Positions 53,479 to 64,000 of a stretch of DNA of 64,000 bases are shown in pieces. Each line of letters starts with the position of its first letter. Positions within the stretch are counted from its first letter, which is position 1. Origin of the DNA: Verrucomicrobiia bacterium. Its GTDB lineage: Bacteria; Verrucomicrobiota; Verrucomicrobiia; Limisphaerales; UBA1319. The stretch lies in assembly GCA_963664225.1 (NCBI GenBank), contig OY760937.1:2752001-2816000 (forward strand), given 5' to 3'. The translations under genes were made by a program, and so were the position numbers. Below the pieces are notes generated by a model. The model searched no databases. It had not been told where the DNA came from and was given only the letters and a program-made list of their open reading frames with translations.

Positions 53479-54288
53479 TGCTTTCCTTTTTCATTCGGTC
53501 AGTTGCGCGTCTCCCGTCCCGCCGCCAACGTTCATCGACCGCTTTGTGTTTTCTGATTTTAAGGTTTTATTGCCCTCCCAGATGTAACCGGGAAGCCTCA
53601 GCAACGGCCCATGCACAGACCATGCCAAGGCTCCAAATTGCGATGAAAATCCTTCCTGCCACTCCTGAATTACCGTCTAGTCAACATCTCGTGGCTGCAT
53701 CAAGAATGGAGTGTGCGTAAAGATGATCACTTGGTTGGGCTGTAATTATGCAGAATGTGCAATAATACGCACCATAAGCACCTGACATCGCCGCTCGTTG
53801 TATTGTGCCTTAAGCCATTCCCCTGCCTTCGCATTCGATTTGTTCTGCGTCGCCGATGCACGGATAGGGGAATAAGTTTGAAGCGGTGAGAATGACGGGG
53901 TTTCAAAGCCTCAATGGAAACAGAGGTCAAAGGTCAGTACTCAGGTCCTGTGTTCGATCTAAAGAGCGAGACAACATTGCCATTGAAACACATTGCTGCC
54001 CAAGCAGGGTAGTGATGACGATCCATGAGCGCCAATGTCGCACTACCCCGTTGGATGAAAACGACCGCTGCAATGGGCAAAATCGTCAAGTAAAATGTAA
54101 AGTAAAGCTTGTGGTCTCCAAAGTTGCGGGTCCGATTCACGGTAGGGTTTCACCCCATGGCAATGAGGGAACGCGCCGCCTAGGTTGCCCTGAGCGTTAA
54201 GACCGGCGTCACAATATACGAAAGAGAATACTATTAGCGGCGGACCAAATACTGCCGTGTCCAAATAAGCGAAACCAAAATCACACCT

Positions 54289-54738
54289 ATGAAAACAACA
54301 AAACTAATCTGCAAATACCTGACACTCTCCAGCATGATCATGGCAATCGCCGCCCTGGTTTCGCTGCCCGGCTCCATGCGAGCCCAGGAAATGAAACCCA
54401 TGAAAGGCGGGGAACACCTGATGATGCTCAATGCCATCACCACTCCCGAACAAGTCGAGGCGCTCAAGCCGGGCGACACCGTTGCCATGGCCTGTCCCAA
54501 GTGCAAAACGATCGTCGTTGAAAAAGTGACAACCGAAAAGGGACACATCGCCACGATGACTCCGGGAGAGGTGCATATGTGCTCTGGTTGTCAGACCAGC
54601 ATCGTTACCGTTGGCACCGGCAGAACTGCACATAACGAATTGAAGCACGTTTGTAAGAAATGCGGCAGCGACGCCGTTTTCTGCTGCGCCACTATGAAAA
54701 ACGCCCCGCCGACGAAGGGCATGGATACCGAGAAGTAA
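54289..54738 (+). CDS. Secreted Cys-rich putative metal-binding protein
   Basis: Signal peptide; CPKC, HMCSGC, HVCKKC and FCC motifs. Confidence 0.75.
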   Translation: MKTTKLICKYLTLSSMIMAIAALVSLPGSMRAQEMKPMKGGEHLMMLNAITTPEQVEALKPGDTVAMACPKCKTIVVEKVTTEKGHIATMTPGEVHMCSGCQTSIVTVGTGRTAHNELKHVCKKCGSDAVFCCATMKNAPPTKGMDTEK

Positions 54739-54994
54739 CTCAAACAAAAACTTTGATCGCAGGCGGCCAAGGGGGAACTCCTCCAGGCCGCTTGTGCATT
54801 GTCGGGGTGGGCAAGCTGCATGAGATCACGATCAAAAGCCTGAACGCCTTGATTATCGAGAACAGCCCGGATGCACGGTTTTGAGAAATCCCGGCATCAT
54901 CATTGACTTAACAACAGACACGGGCGAGTGTGCAGTTGTGTTAGCATATCTGATGGATATCATTATTATATGCGAGCATTCCGCAAATCTGTTT

Positions 54995-55987
54995 ATGAAT
55001 AAGAAACTTATATCTTTCAGCGCAATGGCCGCTGCATTGCTGCTGAGTTTGGCCGTTGCAACGCCCGTCGAAGCTCAGACTTGGATGACCAACGGATTGG
55101 TCGCCCACTACCCGATGCACGGCGATGCCAACGATGTGAGCGGCTACGGCATGCATGGAACGTTGACGGGCTCACCCTTGATGACCACCAACCGTTTTGG
55201 AGATTCTGGTGATGCCCTCGGCTTCAATGGGGGGATGGATGCGATCATGTTGACCAACCTAAACGTGAACATGCTCACCAACGGTCAGAACACAGTTTGT
55301 CTTTGGATGCGATGGGATGGCGGTGTTGATGGCAGCACCAATCCGGTTGCCATGCCCTTCGGATGGGGGGACACGAATCAGAATTATTGTCTGCTATTCC
55401 AGCGCGCAGGAGCCGGTCGCTTTGGCTTCAGTGATGGCATGGGTGATGTCTATGGCACGAATTTCGGCTCCATGTTATCGAATCATTGGGTCCATGTGGC
55501 CGCCGTCTTCAACAACGGCGACATGATGAACTCCGGGCTTTATATCAATGGTCAGCGGGTGGGCGGATCGATGACGGCTGGTGGAATGCCGATGGGTATG
55601 GGAATGGGGATGATGGTCCGGCGAAGCGCGAGTCCGATGGCTTTCCTTGGTGGATTTGGAGACCAAGGTTCGGTTCCTTATCACTTCTTTGGCGCGATGA
55701 GCGACGTGCGCATCTACAACCGTTCTCTCACCGACGCGGAGATTGCCGCCCTGATTCAGATGGATGCCGCACCCACCATGCGGATGATGGAAGGACCCAC
55801 AGCAGGCACTGAGAATGTGGAGTTCAATTCAATGATGATGGATTGGCAGTTCCAGATGCAGTTTTCAAGCGATCTGACGCATTGGACCAACTACTCGGAT
55901 GTCTTCATGCCCGGGTCGAATACGATGGTTCGCACGATTGATATGGGAGGACCGCAAATGTTCTGGCGCTTACAGGCCAAACCTTGA
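54995..55987 (+). CDS. Secreted Met-rich LamG/concanavalin-like protein
   Basis: GLVAHYP.HGDANDVSG, WVHVAAV, LYING and DVRIYNRSL motifs; many methionines. Confidence 0.8.
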   Translation: MNKKLISFSAMAAALLLSLAVATPVEAQTWMTNGLVAHYPMHGDANDVSGYGMHGTLTGSPLMTTNRFGDSGDALGFNGGMDAIMLTNLNVNMLTNGQNTVCLWMRWDGGVDGSTNPVAMPFGWGDTNQNYCLLFQRAGAGRFGFSDGMGDVYGTNFGSMLSNHWVHVAAVFNNGDMMNSGLYINGQRVGGSMTAGGMPMGMGMGMMVRRSASPMAFLGGFGDQGSVPYHFFGAMSDVRIYNRSLTDAEIAALIQMDAAPTMRMMEGPTAGTENVEFNSMMMDWQFQMQFSSDLTHWTNYSDVFMPGSNTMVRTIDMGGPQMFWRLQAKP

Positions 55988-56106
55988 ACAGCGATCAGGT
56001 CGGCTCTTGCCTCAATTGATTGGACACCGAACACACCTTCATTTGAAATTCGATGCCCTTTCATATTTTGTTTGAACAATTTCTGCACCCGCGTATCTTA
56101 CCAATT

Positions 56107-56493
56107 GTGAGCAAACTCACCAAAGCAGTAGCGCTTATCGTGCTGGCCCTATGGGGACTGGCAGTGGTGCATTGCAAATTGGAAGTGTTGCCCGGGCTCG
56201 ATTTCCTCAAGATTTCCTGTGTTGCAGGCTTGTCGCAGTCCTCCCTAAAGCATTGCGAAGGCGATGGCTGTGGTGCGGTTGAAGATGGAGGCTGCGAGGT
56301 TGAGGATGAGACGGTTTCTGCCCCTCAACCCCTTCTCAACTTCGCGCTTCTAACCTCGTTGATTGAGGCCCCATTGCCTGAACTTCAGACTTGCCGCTTC
56401 GTCGCGTCCCATACTCCGCCTGACATTCTCAGAATCTGGCAGTTCTCTTATCGCACGGCACTTCCCGCCCGTGCTCCTTCCCTCGTTTCGTAA
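56107..56493 (+). CDS. Small Cys-containing leader protein of the czc-like operon
   Basis: Hydrophobic N-terminus, HC/C/HC..GC residues, C-terminal PARAPS; position resembles CzcI/DUF2946-type genes. Confidence 0.55.
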   Translation: MSKLTKAVALIVLALWGLAVVHCKLEVLPGLDFLKISCVAGLSQSSLKHCEGDGCGAVEDGGCEVEDETVSAPQPLLNFALLTSLIEAPLPELQTCRFVASHTPPDILRIWQFSYRTALPARAPSLVS

Positions 56494-56585
56494 GTAGTCC
56501 CGTTCGGGACTTTCCTCTCCACGCGGAGTGATTTCACGCCGTGGTTTTAATTTTTCCTGTTTTAGATTTAACGTTTATAATGCTT

Positions 56586-57905
56586 ATGAAGCGACACATT
56601 TATTGCAGCTTACAGTTTCTGCTGGCACTGGCGTTTGGATGCACGGTGGCTTTGTCTCAACAAACCAATTTGCCTCCCGACACATCTTCCCCGGAACAGC
56701 GCGATGCTGCCACATTGGAGACGCTGATCTCCGAGGCGTGGACCAACAACCCGGAAGTGCGCTTGTTTGAAGCCGCTGTCGCGGGCGCACGCGGCGAGTT
56801 GATCACCGCCAGGACCTGGGACAATCCAGAAGTATCCTTTGCCCCGGGGGCGGTTTACACAAAAGAGAGTGGCAGTTCATCGCGCACCGATTTTCACAGT
56901 GATTTCGGGGTATCGCAGATCATTCTCTTTCCGGGCAAACGAGCCTTGCAGCGGGCGGTGGCGGAAAAGACAGTTGAAACCCGCCAATTGGCGCTCATTG
57001 CTTTTCAAACTCAACTTGCCATTCAGGTGCATCGCTCGTTCTACAGATTGCTGGCCGCACGGCAGATGGTCGCCTTGCGCCAGCGGCATCTGGAGCTGGC
57101 TCAATCATTCCTTGAAGCGGCGCGAAAAAAAGTGGAAGGAGGATTCGCACCGGACTTCGAGCAGACCAAAGCTGAAGTGGACGTGGCGGCGAGTCAGAAG
57201 TCACTGCGTGAATCACACGCTGACGAAGCCGTAGCTCGCACAGCGCTCAATTCGCTTGTGGGCCGGAAGCTGGACGCAACGGTGTCCATTGCCGGTGAGT
57301 TTAGCGAAAGCCCATCCGTGCCGGAGGAAGCAATATTATTGAATCATGCCCTGGCACATAACCCGATCCTGAAAATCCAGGCGGCGGAAGTCGAGCGTAC
57401 CGGTATAAGTCTTGCGCTTACGAAGAAGTCGCGCCTGCCGAATTTCACGGTCGGCCCGTCAGTGGAATACCGCGAAGGCGAGCAGATTTATGGGATGGGA
57501 ATCTCGCTGCCCTTGCCGTTTTGGGACAAAAAGAAAGGTGCGATTACCACGGCCACCGCCGAACAACAACGCTCAATGGCCGAACTCGAAACGTTGCGCA
57601 GGGACATCGTGCGTGATGTGAGCAGCGCGGCACATTTGCTGACTGCGGCGAGGGAGTCTCTCGCCATCTACACACCGGCATTTCGCGCCAAACTCAAATC
57701 CGCACTCGACAGCGCCTCGCAAAGTTACGCGGAAGGTCGCACTTCGCTACTCATTTATCTGGAAACTGAACGCACTTATTACGATACGGAGGCCGCCTAT
57801 TACGAAACCTTGCAGCGGCTCTACGACGCCCAGGCCGCGTTGGAGGCGGGATTGGGAATGCCCTTGAGCGAACTGGAAAAGTCCAAACCATCAACAAACA
57901 AGTAA
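56586..57905 (+). CDS. czcC: TolC-family outer-membrane factor (CzcC-like)
   Basis: Signal peptide, NNPEV, LPN, GISLPLPFWD and YAEG motifs. Confidence 0.88.
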   Translation: MKRHIYCSLQFLLALAFGCTVALSQQTNLPPDTSSPEQRDAATLETLISEAWTNNPEVRLFEAAVAGARGELITARTWDNPEVSFAPGAVYTKESGSSSRTDFHSDFGVSQIILFPGKRALQRAVAEKTVETRQLALIAFQTQLAIQVHRSFYRLLAARQMVALRQRHLELAQSFLEAARKKVEGGFAPDFEQTKAEVDVAASQKSLRESHADEAVARTALNSLVGRKLDATVSIAGEFSESPSVPEEAILLNHALAHNPILKIQAAEVERTGISLALTKKSRLPNFTVGPSVEYREGEQIYGMGISLPLPFWDKKKGAITTATAEQQRSMAELETLRRDIVRDVSSAAHLLTAARESLAIYTPAFRAKLKSALDSASQSYAEGRTSLLIYLETERTYYDTEAAYYETLQRLYDAQAALEAGLGMPLSELEKSKPSTNK

Positions 57906-57917
57906 ACGAAAGACAAC

Positions 57918-58856
57918 ATGAGCCATCGAATCATTTTATTATTCGCAGTCGCGCTGCTGGCGGGCGGACTGGCGGGTTGCGGACAAAAGGCCGAACCCGT
58001 CCAGGAGGCCAAGCCGGAACCCAAGCACGAGGAAAATATCGTCATCCTCACGCCGGAGAACTTGAAGCACGTAGCCTTAAAGATTGAATCCGCGACGTTG
58101 AGCAGTCTCGGCGCGACGCTCAAGACGGCAGGTCGCATCAGTGCCAACTTGAACAAGACTGCCAAGGTTACATCGACGTTTGAAGGCCGACTGACCAAAC
58201 TCAACTTCGACCTGAACGACCGCGTGAAGGCGGGTGGTGTGATGGCTCTGGTCGAGTCGCCGGAATTGCTCGGCAAGCAGCTTGAAATCAAAGCTCCGAT
58301 TGATGGCGTGGTTATCGACCGCAAAGCCACAACCGGAGAATTGGTGGACAAGGCAAAGGAAATCTACACCATCAGCGACCCCACGCAACTTTGGACGATT
58401 GCCGAAGTAAAGGAGCGCGACATCGCAGTGGTAAAGGTAGGTCAGGACGCGGCTTTCACCGCGATAGCCTATCCCGAGGAGAAGTTTCACGGCAAGGTGG
58501 TGCTGATCGGCAATCAGGTGGAGGCCGGTTCGCGCACTGTTGAGGTCCGTATTGCCGTGGACAATGCCGACGGCCGTTTGAAGCCGGGCATGTTCGCCGA
58601 CGTGGAGATTGTAACCACTGTTCTTGACAACGTGTTGCTCATTCCCGACGGCGCGCTGCAAACTGATGGCGACAATCAAATTGTGTTCGTCTCGCTCGAT
58701 GGAAACAAATTTGAGAAACGCGTCGTGAAGCTCGGCCTGGAACAATCCGGGCGCGTCCAAATTCTTAGCGGTGTGAAGGCGGGCGAGAAAGTCGTCACCG
58801 AAGGAAGCTTTATCCTGAAATCGGAAATGCTCAAAGGCCAGCTCGGAGAGGAATAA
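57918..58856 (+). CDS. czcB: RND membrane fusion protein (CzcB-like)
   Basis: Lipobox LAGC; IKAPIDGVV, LKPGMF and GEKVVTEGSF motifs. Confidence 0.9.
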   Translation: MSHRIILLFAVALLAGGLAGCGQKAEPVQEAKPEPKHEENIVILTPENLKHVALKIESATLSSLGATLKTAGRISANLNKTAKVTSTFEGRLTKLNFDLNDRVKAGGVMALVESPELLGKQLEIKAPIDGVVIDRKATTGELVDKAKEIYTISDPTQLWTIAEVKERDIAVVKVGQDAAFTAIAYPEEKFHGKVVLIGNQVEAGSRTVEVRIAVDNADGRLKPGMFADVEIVTTVLDNVLLIPDGALQTDGDNQIVFVSLDGNKFEKRVVKLGLEQSGRVQILSGVKAGEKVVTEGSFILKSEMLKGQLGEE

Positions 58857-58875
58857 CCCCTCGAGCAGAACATTT

Positions 58876-59910
58876 ATGAATCAAGCAACACTTGCCCCAA
58901 TAATCGCGACGGGTTTCACGGTGGCTTTCTTGCACGCGGCCATCCCGACGCACTGGCTGCCCTTCGTGCTCACGGCACGGGTGCAGAAGTGGAACAAGTC
59001 GAAGACGCTGTTCATCACGACCTTGGCCGGCTGCGGGCATGTCCTGTTCACCGCCATTCTCGGCTTCTTTCTCGCGTGGCTGGGCATCACTTTGAACGAG
59101 AAGATTGGCCGTTGGTTTCCGTGGATTGCAGGCGGAGCGCTGCTTGCCTTTGGCCTCTACTATGTGATTCAGCAAATTCGCAGCAAAGGCCACGGACATT
59201 CGCATGGCTCTGGCAGACACGCGCAAGACCGCAGTGAAGTGGAACGCGGACCACGCGGCGGTTTCTTCGTGAACACTGCCCACGGCTTTGTCGAAATCAC
59301 CGTCTTTGAAACCGGCGTGCCGCCGCAGTTCCGGCTCTTCTATTATGATGAGCACAAGCGGTCGTGTTCCGCGCCCACTTCCGATAGCGTAACAATCGAA
59401 ACTGTGCGGCCCAACGGCGTGCGCCAGACTTTCGTTTTTCGCGAGTACGGTGAGTATTTGGAATCCACGAGCGACATTCCCGAACCGCACGAGTTCAAGG
59501 CCATCCTTCAACTGTCGCATGGCAGCCATGCCCACACCCACGAGGTGCAATTTGAAGAACACGACCAGGCCCATCACGGTCATGACGGCTGCAACCACGG
59601 CGAGGCGGCAATGCCGCCGCGCAAATCCGATTGGGCGGCGATCGCCAGCCTGCTCGCGTTGCTGACTTTTTCGCCCTGCGAGGGATTCCTACCTGTTTAT
59701 GTCTCCGGCGTGCGCTATGGCTGGAGCGGCTTCTTTCTACTCACGGTAATTCTTTCGGTGGCCACGGTCACGGGCATGGTCGCCTTTACCTGGCTGACGC
59801 TCGCCGGAATGGAGAAGTTGAAACTCGCGTTCCTCGAAAATTACGAGCGCGGCATTCTTGGCGGCCTGCTGTTTTTATTAGGATTGCTCGTGATCGTTCT
59901 TGAACATTGA
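58876..59910 (+). CDS. Ni/Co-transporter-like membrane protein with a His-rich soluble insert
   Basis: HAAIPTHW, GHV and SPCEG TM motifs; central domain flanked by His-rich tracts. Confidence 0.7.
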   Translation: MNQATLAPIIATGFTVAFLHAAIPTHWLPFVLTARVQKWNKSKTLFITTLAGCGHVLFTAILGFFLAWLGITLNEKIGRWFPWIAGGALLAFGLYYVIQQIRSKGHGHSHGSGRHAQDRSEVERGPRGGFFVNTAHGFVEITVFETGVPPQFRLFYYDEHKRSCSAPTSDSVTIETVRPNGVRQTFVFREYGEYLESTSDIPEPHEFKAILQLSHGSHAHTHEVQFEEHDQAHHGHDGCNHGEAAMPPRKSDWAAIASLLALLTFSPCEGFLPVYVSGVRYGWSGFFLLTVILSVATVTGMVAFTWLTLAGMEKLKLAFLENYERGILGGLLFLLGLLVIVLEH

Positions 59911-59914
59911 AACT

Positions 59915-62173
59915 ATGAGCGAGGAACATAAATATCCTTACCACGGATGCTGCGATCGCAATTACGATTCTTCAAAGCGCGACGAAATGCCGCGCGAAAC
60001 GATTTTTAATCCTGGCTTTCAAGCACGCGCGCAAACCACTCTTCGCGTCGCCGGAATGGATTGCCCTGATGAAATTGCCGCGATTGAAAGGGTGCTTAAG
60101 CCACTCGGAGGCGTCGGTGAGATCAAGGTGAACCTCATGGCGGGGACGGTGATGATTAGTCATGAAAAGGCGGTCACGCCGGAACAACTGATTAAAGCGA
60201 TTGGAACGACAGGATTGAAGGCTTCGCCAATGGCGGATGCTCACGGAACGGAGGATGAACACGGTAACGATTCTACCAGCGTCCGTCTTGTTTCCGTAAT
60301 CGTCTCCGGCATCTTCACCGGAGTTTCACTCCTCTTTCAGTGGCAGATGTTTTTCCTATCTTTCGGAAAAGTTGCCGCCGCCATGATCGCCATGATCGCC
60401 AGCGGCTGGCTGATTCTTCCAAAGGCGATTCGCGCCCTGCGCCATTTCTCCCTCGATATGAACGTGCTGATGAGTGTCGCGGTGATTGGCGCAGCTGCCA
60501 TCGGCGAATGGACGGAAGCAGCAGCCGTGGTATTTCTGTTCGCTTTGTCTGAACTGCTCGAAGGATTCAGCGTGGGTCGGGCTCGCCGCGCAATTCAATC
60601 GTTGCTTGAACTAACGCCCGACACCGCGCTGGTAAAACGCGGTGACCAGATTCAGGAAGTGCGCATTGAAGAAGTCAAAGTGGATGAAACCGTCGTCATT
60701 AAATCGGGAGCGCGCGTGCCGCTGGATGGCGTTGTCCTTTCCGGCGAATCAGCGATCAACCAAGCACCAATCACTGGAGAATCCATGCCCGCTGAAAAGA
60801 AACCAGGCGATACCGTGTTCGCGGGCACAATCAACGGCGAAGGCTCGCTTGAAGTTAAAATCACGAAGGCTCACACCGACACCACGCTGGCAAAGATTAT
60901 CAAGCTCGTCGGGGATGCGCAGAGCCAGAAAGCTCCCTCTCAACGGTTTGTTGACCGGTTCGCGAAGATTTATACCCCGGCGGTTTTCGTGATGGCCATT
61001 CTAGTTCTTTTATCTGGCCCATTGCTCTTTCACGGCGCATGGCTTGCCTGGACCTATCGCGCCTTGGTTTTGCTCGTCATCGCTTGTCCATGTGCACTGG
61101 TTATTTCCACGCCCGTCTCGATTGTTTCTGGACTGACGGCGATGGCGCGACGGGGCGTTCTGATTAAAGGCGGGGTATTCCTTGAGGAGATTGGAAAACT
61201 GAAAGCTCTCGCTGTGGACAAGACCGGCACGATCACCGAAGGCAAACCTCGTGTCCAACAAGTGATTTCGTGGAATGGAAAATCCGAGGAAGATATTCTG
61301 CGTGTCGCTGCCGCAATTGATACGCACTCCGAACATCCGCTGGCACAAGCCGTCGTGAAGTATGCGGAGGAAAAGAAGATCCAGTTCCCGCGCAGTGAAA
61401 GCTATCGATCCAAAACCGGCCTGGGCGCGGAGGCGCAAATTGATGGTCATACATACTTCGTCGGCAATCACCGCTTCGCACACGAGTCCGCCGTCTGTTC
61501 CGATGCGTTGGAGAAGAAACTTGGTGAAATTGAAGCGCAAGCAATGTCGGTTATCGTCGTGGGCCACAAACCACACGAAAGCTGCCAAGGGGAAGTGTTC
61601 GGGATTCTCGCGGTTGGCGACACGATTCGTCCTAATGCCTTCGAAGCCATCAAATCGCTACACGCGGCTGGAGTTGAAAAAGTTGTCATGCTCAGTGGGG
61701 ACAATCAACGAACGGTGGATGCAATTTCCAGGCAGGTCGGCATTGATGAGGCAATAGGCGATCTGCTGCCTGACCGGAAAATCGAGCGCGTTCGCGAACT
61801 GCTCGCGCAACATAAACACGTCGGCATGATTGGCGATGGCGTGAATGACGCGCCCGCGATGGCCGCAGCGAGCATTGGCATCGCAATGGGCGGTGCGGGA
61901 ACAGACACGGCGATTGAAACGGCGGATGTCGCCTTGATGCAGGATGACTTGAGCAAGGTTGCTGAAGCAATTGCTTTGGGCCGTCGCACCGTCCGAATCA
62001 TACAGACGAACATCGCCTTCGCGCTTGGAGTCAAGGCAATCTTTCTCGTCCTGGCGTTGCTCGGTCACACGAGTCTTTGGCTGGCGATTCTCGCCGACAC
62101 TGGCGCGACTCTGGTTGTTATCGCGAACGCGCTGCGGCTGCTTGGAACCCCCAGGAATATTTTGAAAAAGTGA
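59915..62173 (+). CDS. Heavy-metal P1B-type ATPase (CadA/ZntA-like)
   Basis: GMDCPDE HMA domain; TGES, CPC, DKTGT, SEHPLA and GDGVNDAP motifs. Confidence 0.95.
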   Translation: MSEEHKYPYHGCCDRNYDSSKRDEMPRETIFNPGFQARAQTTLRVAGMDCPDEIAAIERVLKPLGGVGEIKVNLMAGTVMISHEKAVTPEQLIKAIGTTGLKASPMADAHGTEDEHGNDSTSVRLVSVIVSGIFTGVSLLFQWQMFFLSFGKVAAAMIAMIASGWLILPKAIRALRHFSLDMNVLMSVAVIGAAAIGEWTEAAAVVFLFALSELLEGFSVGRARRAIQSLLELTPDTALVKRGDQIQEVRIEEVKVDETVVIKSGARVPLDGVVLSGESAINQAPITGESMPAEKKPGDTVFAGTINGEGSLEVKITKAHTDTTLAKIIKLVGDAQSQKAPSQRFVDRFAKIYTPAVFVMAILVLLSGPLLFHGAWLAWTYRALVLLVIACPCALVISTPVSIVSGLTAMARRGVLIKGGVFLEEIGKLKALAVDKTGTITEGKPRVQQVISWNGKSEEDILRVAAAIDTHSEHPLAQAVVKYAEEKKIQFPRSESYRSKTGLGAEAQIDGHTYFVGNHRFAHESAVCSDALEKKLGEIEAQAMSVIVVGHKPHESCQGEVFGILAVGDTIRPNAFEAIKSLHAAGVEKVVMLSGDNQRTVDAISRQVGIDEAIGDLLPDRKIERVRELLAQHKHVGMIGDGVNDAPAMAAASIGIAMGGAGTDTAIETADVALMQDDLSKVAEAIALGRRTVRIIQTNIAFALGVKAIFLVLALLGHTSLWLAILADTGATLVVIANALRLLGTPRNILKK

Positions 62174-62176
62174 ATT

Positions 62177-64000
62177 ATGATTAACCCCATCCTCAATTTC
62201 TCCGTCCGTCAGCGTCTGCTGGTGATTCTCGCCACGGCCATACTTGCTGGATTCGGCTGGCTGGCCCTCAAGCAAATCCCGATTGACGCCTTTCCCGACG
62301 TGACCAACGTGCAGGTGCAGGTGCTCGCCACGGCAGGCGGCATGTCACCGCCCGACATGGAAAAGCTGGTCACTCGCCCCATCGAAATCGAACTCGCCGG
62401 ATTGCCCAAGCTCACGGAAGTGCGTTCGGTATCCAAAATCGGGTTGTGCGTCATCACCGTGGTTTTCGAGGATGATGTGGACAACTACTTCGCCCGCCAA
62501 CTTGTGTTCGAGCGGATATCGGGGGCGCGGGGCAAACTGCCGGCGGGCGTTGAAGTGCAACTCGGCCCGATCAGCACCGGTCTGGGCGAGATTTACCAAT
62601 ACACCCTTGTCAGCAAGGACAAGAAATATGACGCCACCGAATTGCGCACCATCCAGCAATACATCGTGCGGCCCATTCTGCGCACCGTCCCCGGCGTCAC
62701 GGATGTGAATTCCTTTGGCGGACTCGTTAAGCAATACCAGGTGCTGATCAAACCCGACCGGCTCACTTCCTACGGCATCACATTGCAGCAGGTCTTTGAG
62801 GCGCTGGAAAAGAACAACGCCAACGCAAGCGGCAATTTCATTGAACACGGCTCCGAACAATACGTCGTGCGCGGGCTGGGCCTGGTCAAGGACACGAAGG
62901 ACATCGAGAACATCATCGTCGCCACGCACGAGCACGCGCCCGTCTATGTACGCGACGTGGCGGACGTGGTGATCGGCGCGGAACTGCGGCAGGGCGCGGT
63001 CACGGTCAACGGCGAAGGCGAAGCGGTGGCAGGCATCGTCCTTATGCTCAAAGGGGCGAGCGGTCGCGACGTCGTCAATGGGGTGAAGGAAAAACTCCCC
63101 GCGATCCAGAAGGCGCTGCCCAAGGGCGTCGAACTTGTGCCGTATTACGACCGCACGGACTTGGTAAAGAAGGCCATTCACACGGTCACAAAGGCGCTGC
63201 AAGAAGGCGCGATTTTCGTCTTCATCATCCTCATCATATTGCTGGCGGACATTCGCAGCGCCATCATCGTGACGTTGGTGTTGCCGCTGGCGGCGCTTTT
63301 CGCGTTCATCATGATGAAATGGTATGGCTTGAGCGCGAATCTCATGTCGCTCGGCGGTCTGGCCATCGGCATAGGCATGATGGTGGACGGCGCGGTGGTG
63401 ATGGTGGAGAACATCCACCGTCACCTGACGGAGAAGCCCGAGGAACACAAAAAGCACGAGCACGCGGGCAAAACCGAGATCGTGCTTTACGCCGCCAAAG
63501 AAGTGGGCCGTCCGATTGTGTTCGGCATCTTCATCATCATCGTGGTGTTCCTGCCACTGTTCACTTTACAAGGGTTCGAAGGAAAAATGTTCAGCCCGCT
63601 CGCTTTCACTATTTCGTTTGGATTGCTTGGTTCGCTGATTCTCTCTCTCACATTCGTGCCGATGCTCTGCACCTACTTTTTGAAGCAAGTGCCGCATGAG
63701 CACGACCCGTTTCACATCCGCTGGCTGAAACACACTTACCTCGTGCTGCTGAAACCCTGCGTGCGCCGCCCGTGGCTCGTGGTTCTTCCGGCGGTGCTGG
63801 CGCTGGCGGGTGCGCTGGCGCTCGTGCCCCGCATCGGCACGGAATTCTTGCCGACCTTGGATGAAGGCGCGGTGTCCATCAAACTCCAGCGCCTGCCCAG
63901 CATCTCGCTGCCGCAATCCCTTGAGCTTTGTGGTCGGGTGGAAAGAATCGTCAAACAACTCCCCGAAGTCATTGACGTGGTTTCCCGGACGGGCCGCGCC
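62177..64000 (+). CDS. czcA: CzcA/CusA-family heavy-metal RND transporter (partial)
   Basis: Not in the ORF track (runs off the end). MINPILNFSVRQR...PIDAFPDVTNVQVQ...NLMSLGGLAIGIGMMVDGAVVMVEN. Confidence 0.92.
   Translation, partial: MINPILNFSVRQRLLVILATAILAGFGWLALKQIPIDAFPDVTNVQVQVLATAGGMSPPDMEKLVTRPIEIELAGLPKLTEVRSVSKIGLCVITVVFEDDVDNYFARQLVFERISGARGKLPAGVEVQLGPISTGLGEIYQYTLVSKDKKYDATELRTIQQYIVRPILRTVPGVTDVNSFGGLVKQYQVLIKPDRLTSYGITLQQVFEALEKNNANASGNFIEHGSEQYVVRGLGLVKDTKDIENIIVATHEHAPVYVRDVADVVIGAELRQGAVTVNGEGEAVAGIVLMLKGASGRDVVNGVKEKLPAIQKALPKGVELVPYYDRTDLVKKAIHTVTKALQEGAIFVFIILIILLADIRSAIIVTLVLPLAALFAFIMMKWYGLSANLMSLGGLAIGIGMMVDGAVVMVENIHRHLTEKPEEHKKHEHAGKTEIVLYAAKEVGRPIVFGIFIIIVVFLPLFTLQGFEGKMFSPLAFTISFGLLGSLILSLTFVPMLCTYFLKQVPHEHDPFHIRWLKHTYLVLLKPCVRRPWLVVLPAVLALAGALALVPRIGTEFLPTLDEGAVSIKLQRLPSISLPQSLELCGRVERIVKQLPEVIDVVSRTGRA

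Noticed and set aside
62345..63463. 372 aa - strand ORF
   Set aside because: Antisense shadow of czcA, which the ORF track missed because it runs off the window.

Overview
The window holds most of a conjugative element (ICE or plasmid), probably from a Verrucomicrobia-like host (inferred from gene content). From left to right: (1) a defence cluster divergent from a LysR regulator, with an SNF2/DUF3883 helicase, a complete type II CBASS (capV, CD-NTase, cap2, cap3) and two extra tightly linked genes (PD-(D/E)XK-like and RES-like); (2) a divergent VirB-like mating-pair operon whose virB4 is split by a frameshift; (3) a sigma-like/anti-sigma-like/TPR-CHAT cargo block; (4) a stand-alone ClpB-type ATPase, a coupling protein, a candidate oriT and a MOBF relaxase; (5) ardC, radC, parB, parA, a rep-like gene with internal iterons and an RHH gene, plus a 14-bp palindrome found twice (candidate parS); (6) a non-coding stretch of about 1 kb (40175-41420) that folds on the + strand into a multi-domain structure closed by a 16-bp long-range helix, best read as a large ncRNA; (7) a three-recombinase RIT element with a SymE-like passenger, inserted in a second radC; (8) an IS630 remnant; (9) a heavy-metal resistance island (CzcCBA-like RND system, P1B ATPase, His/Cys/Met-rich proteins). 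All calls come from reading motifs by eye; no database searches were run.
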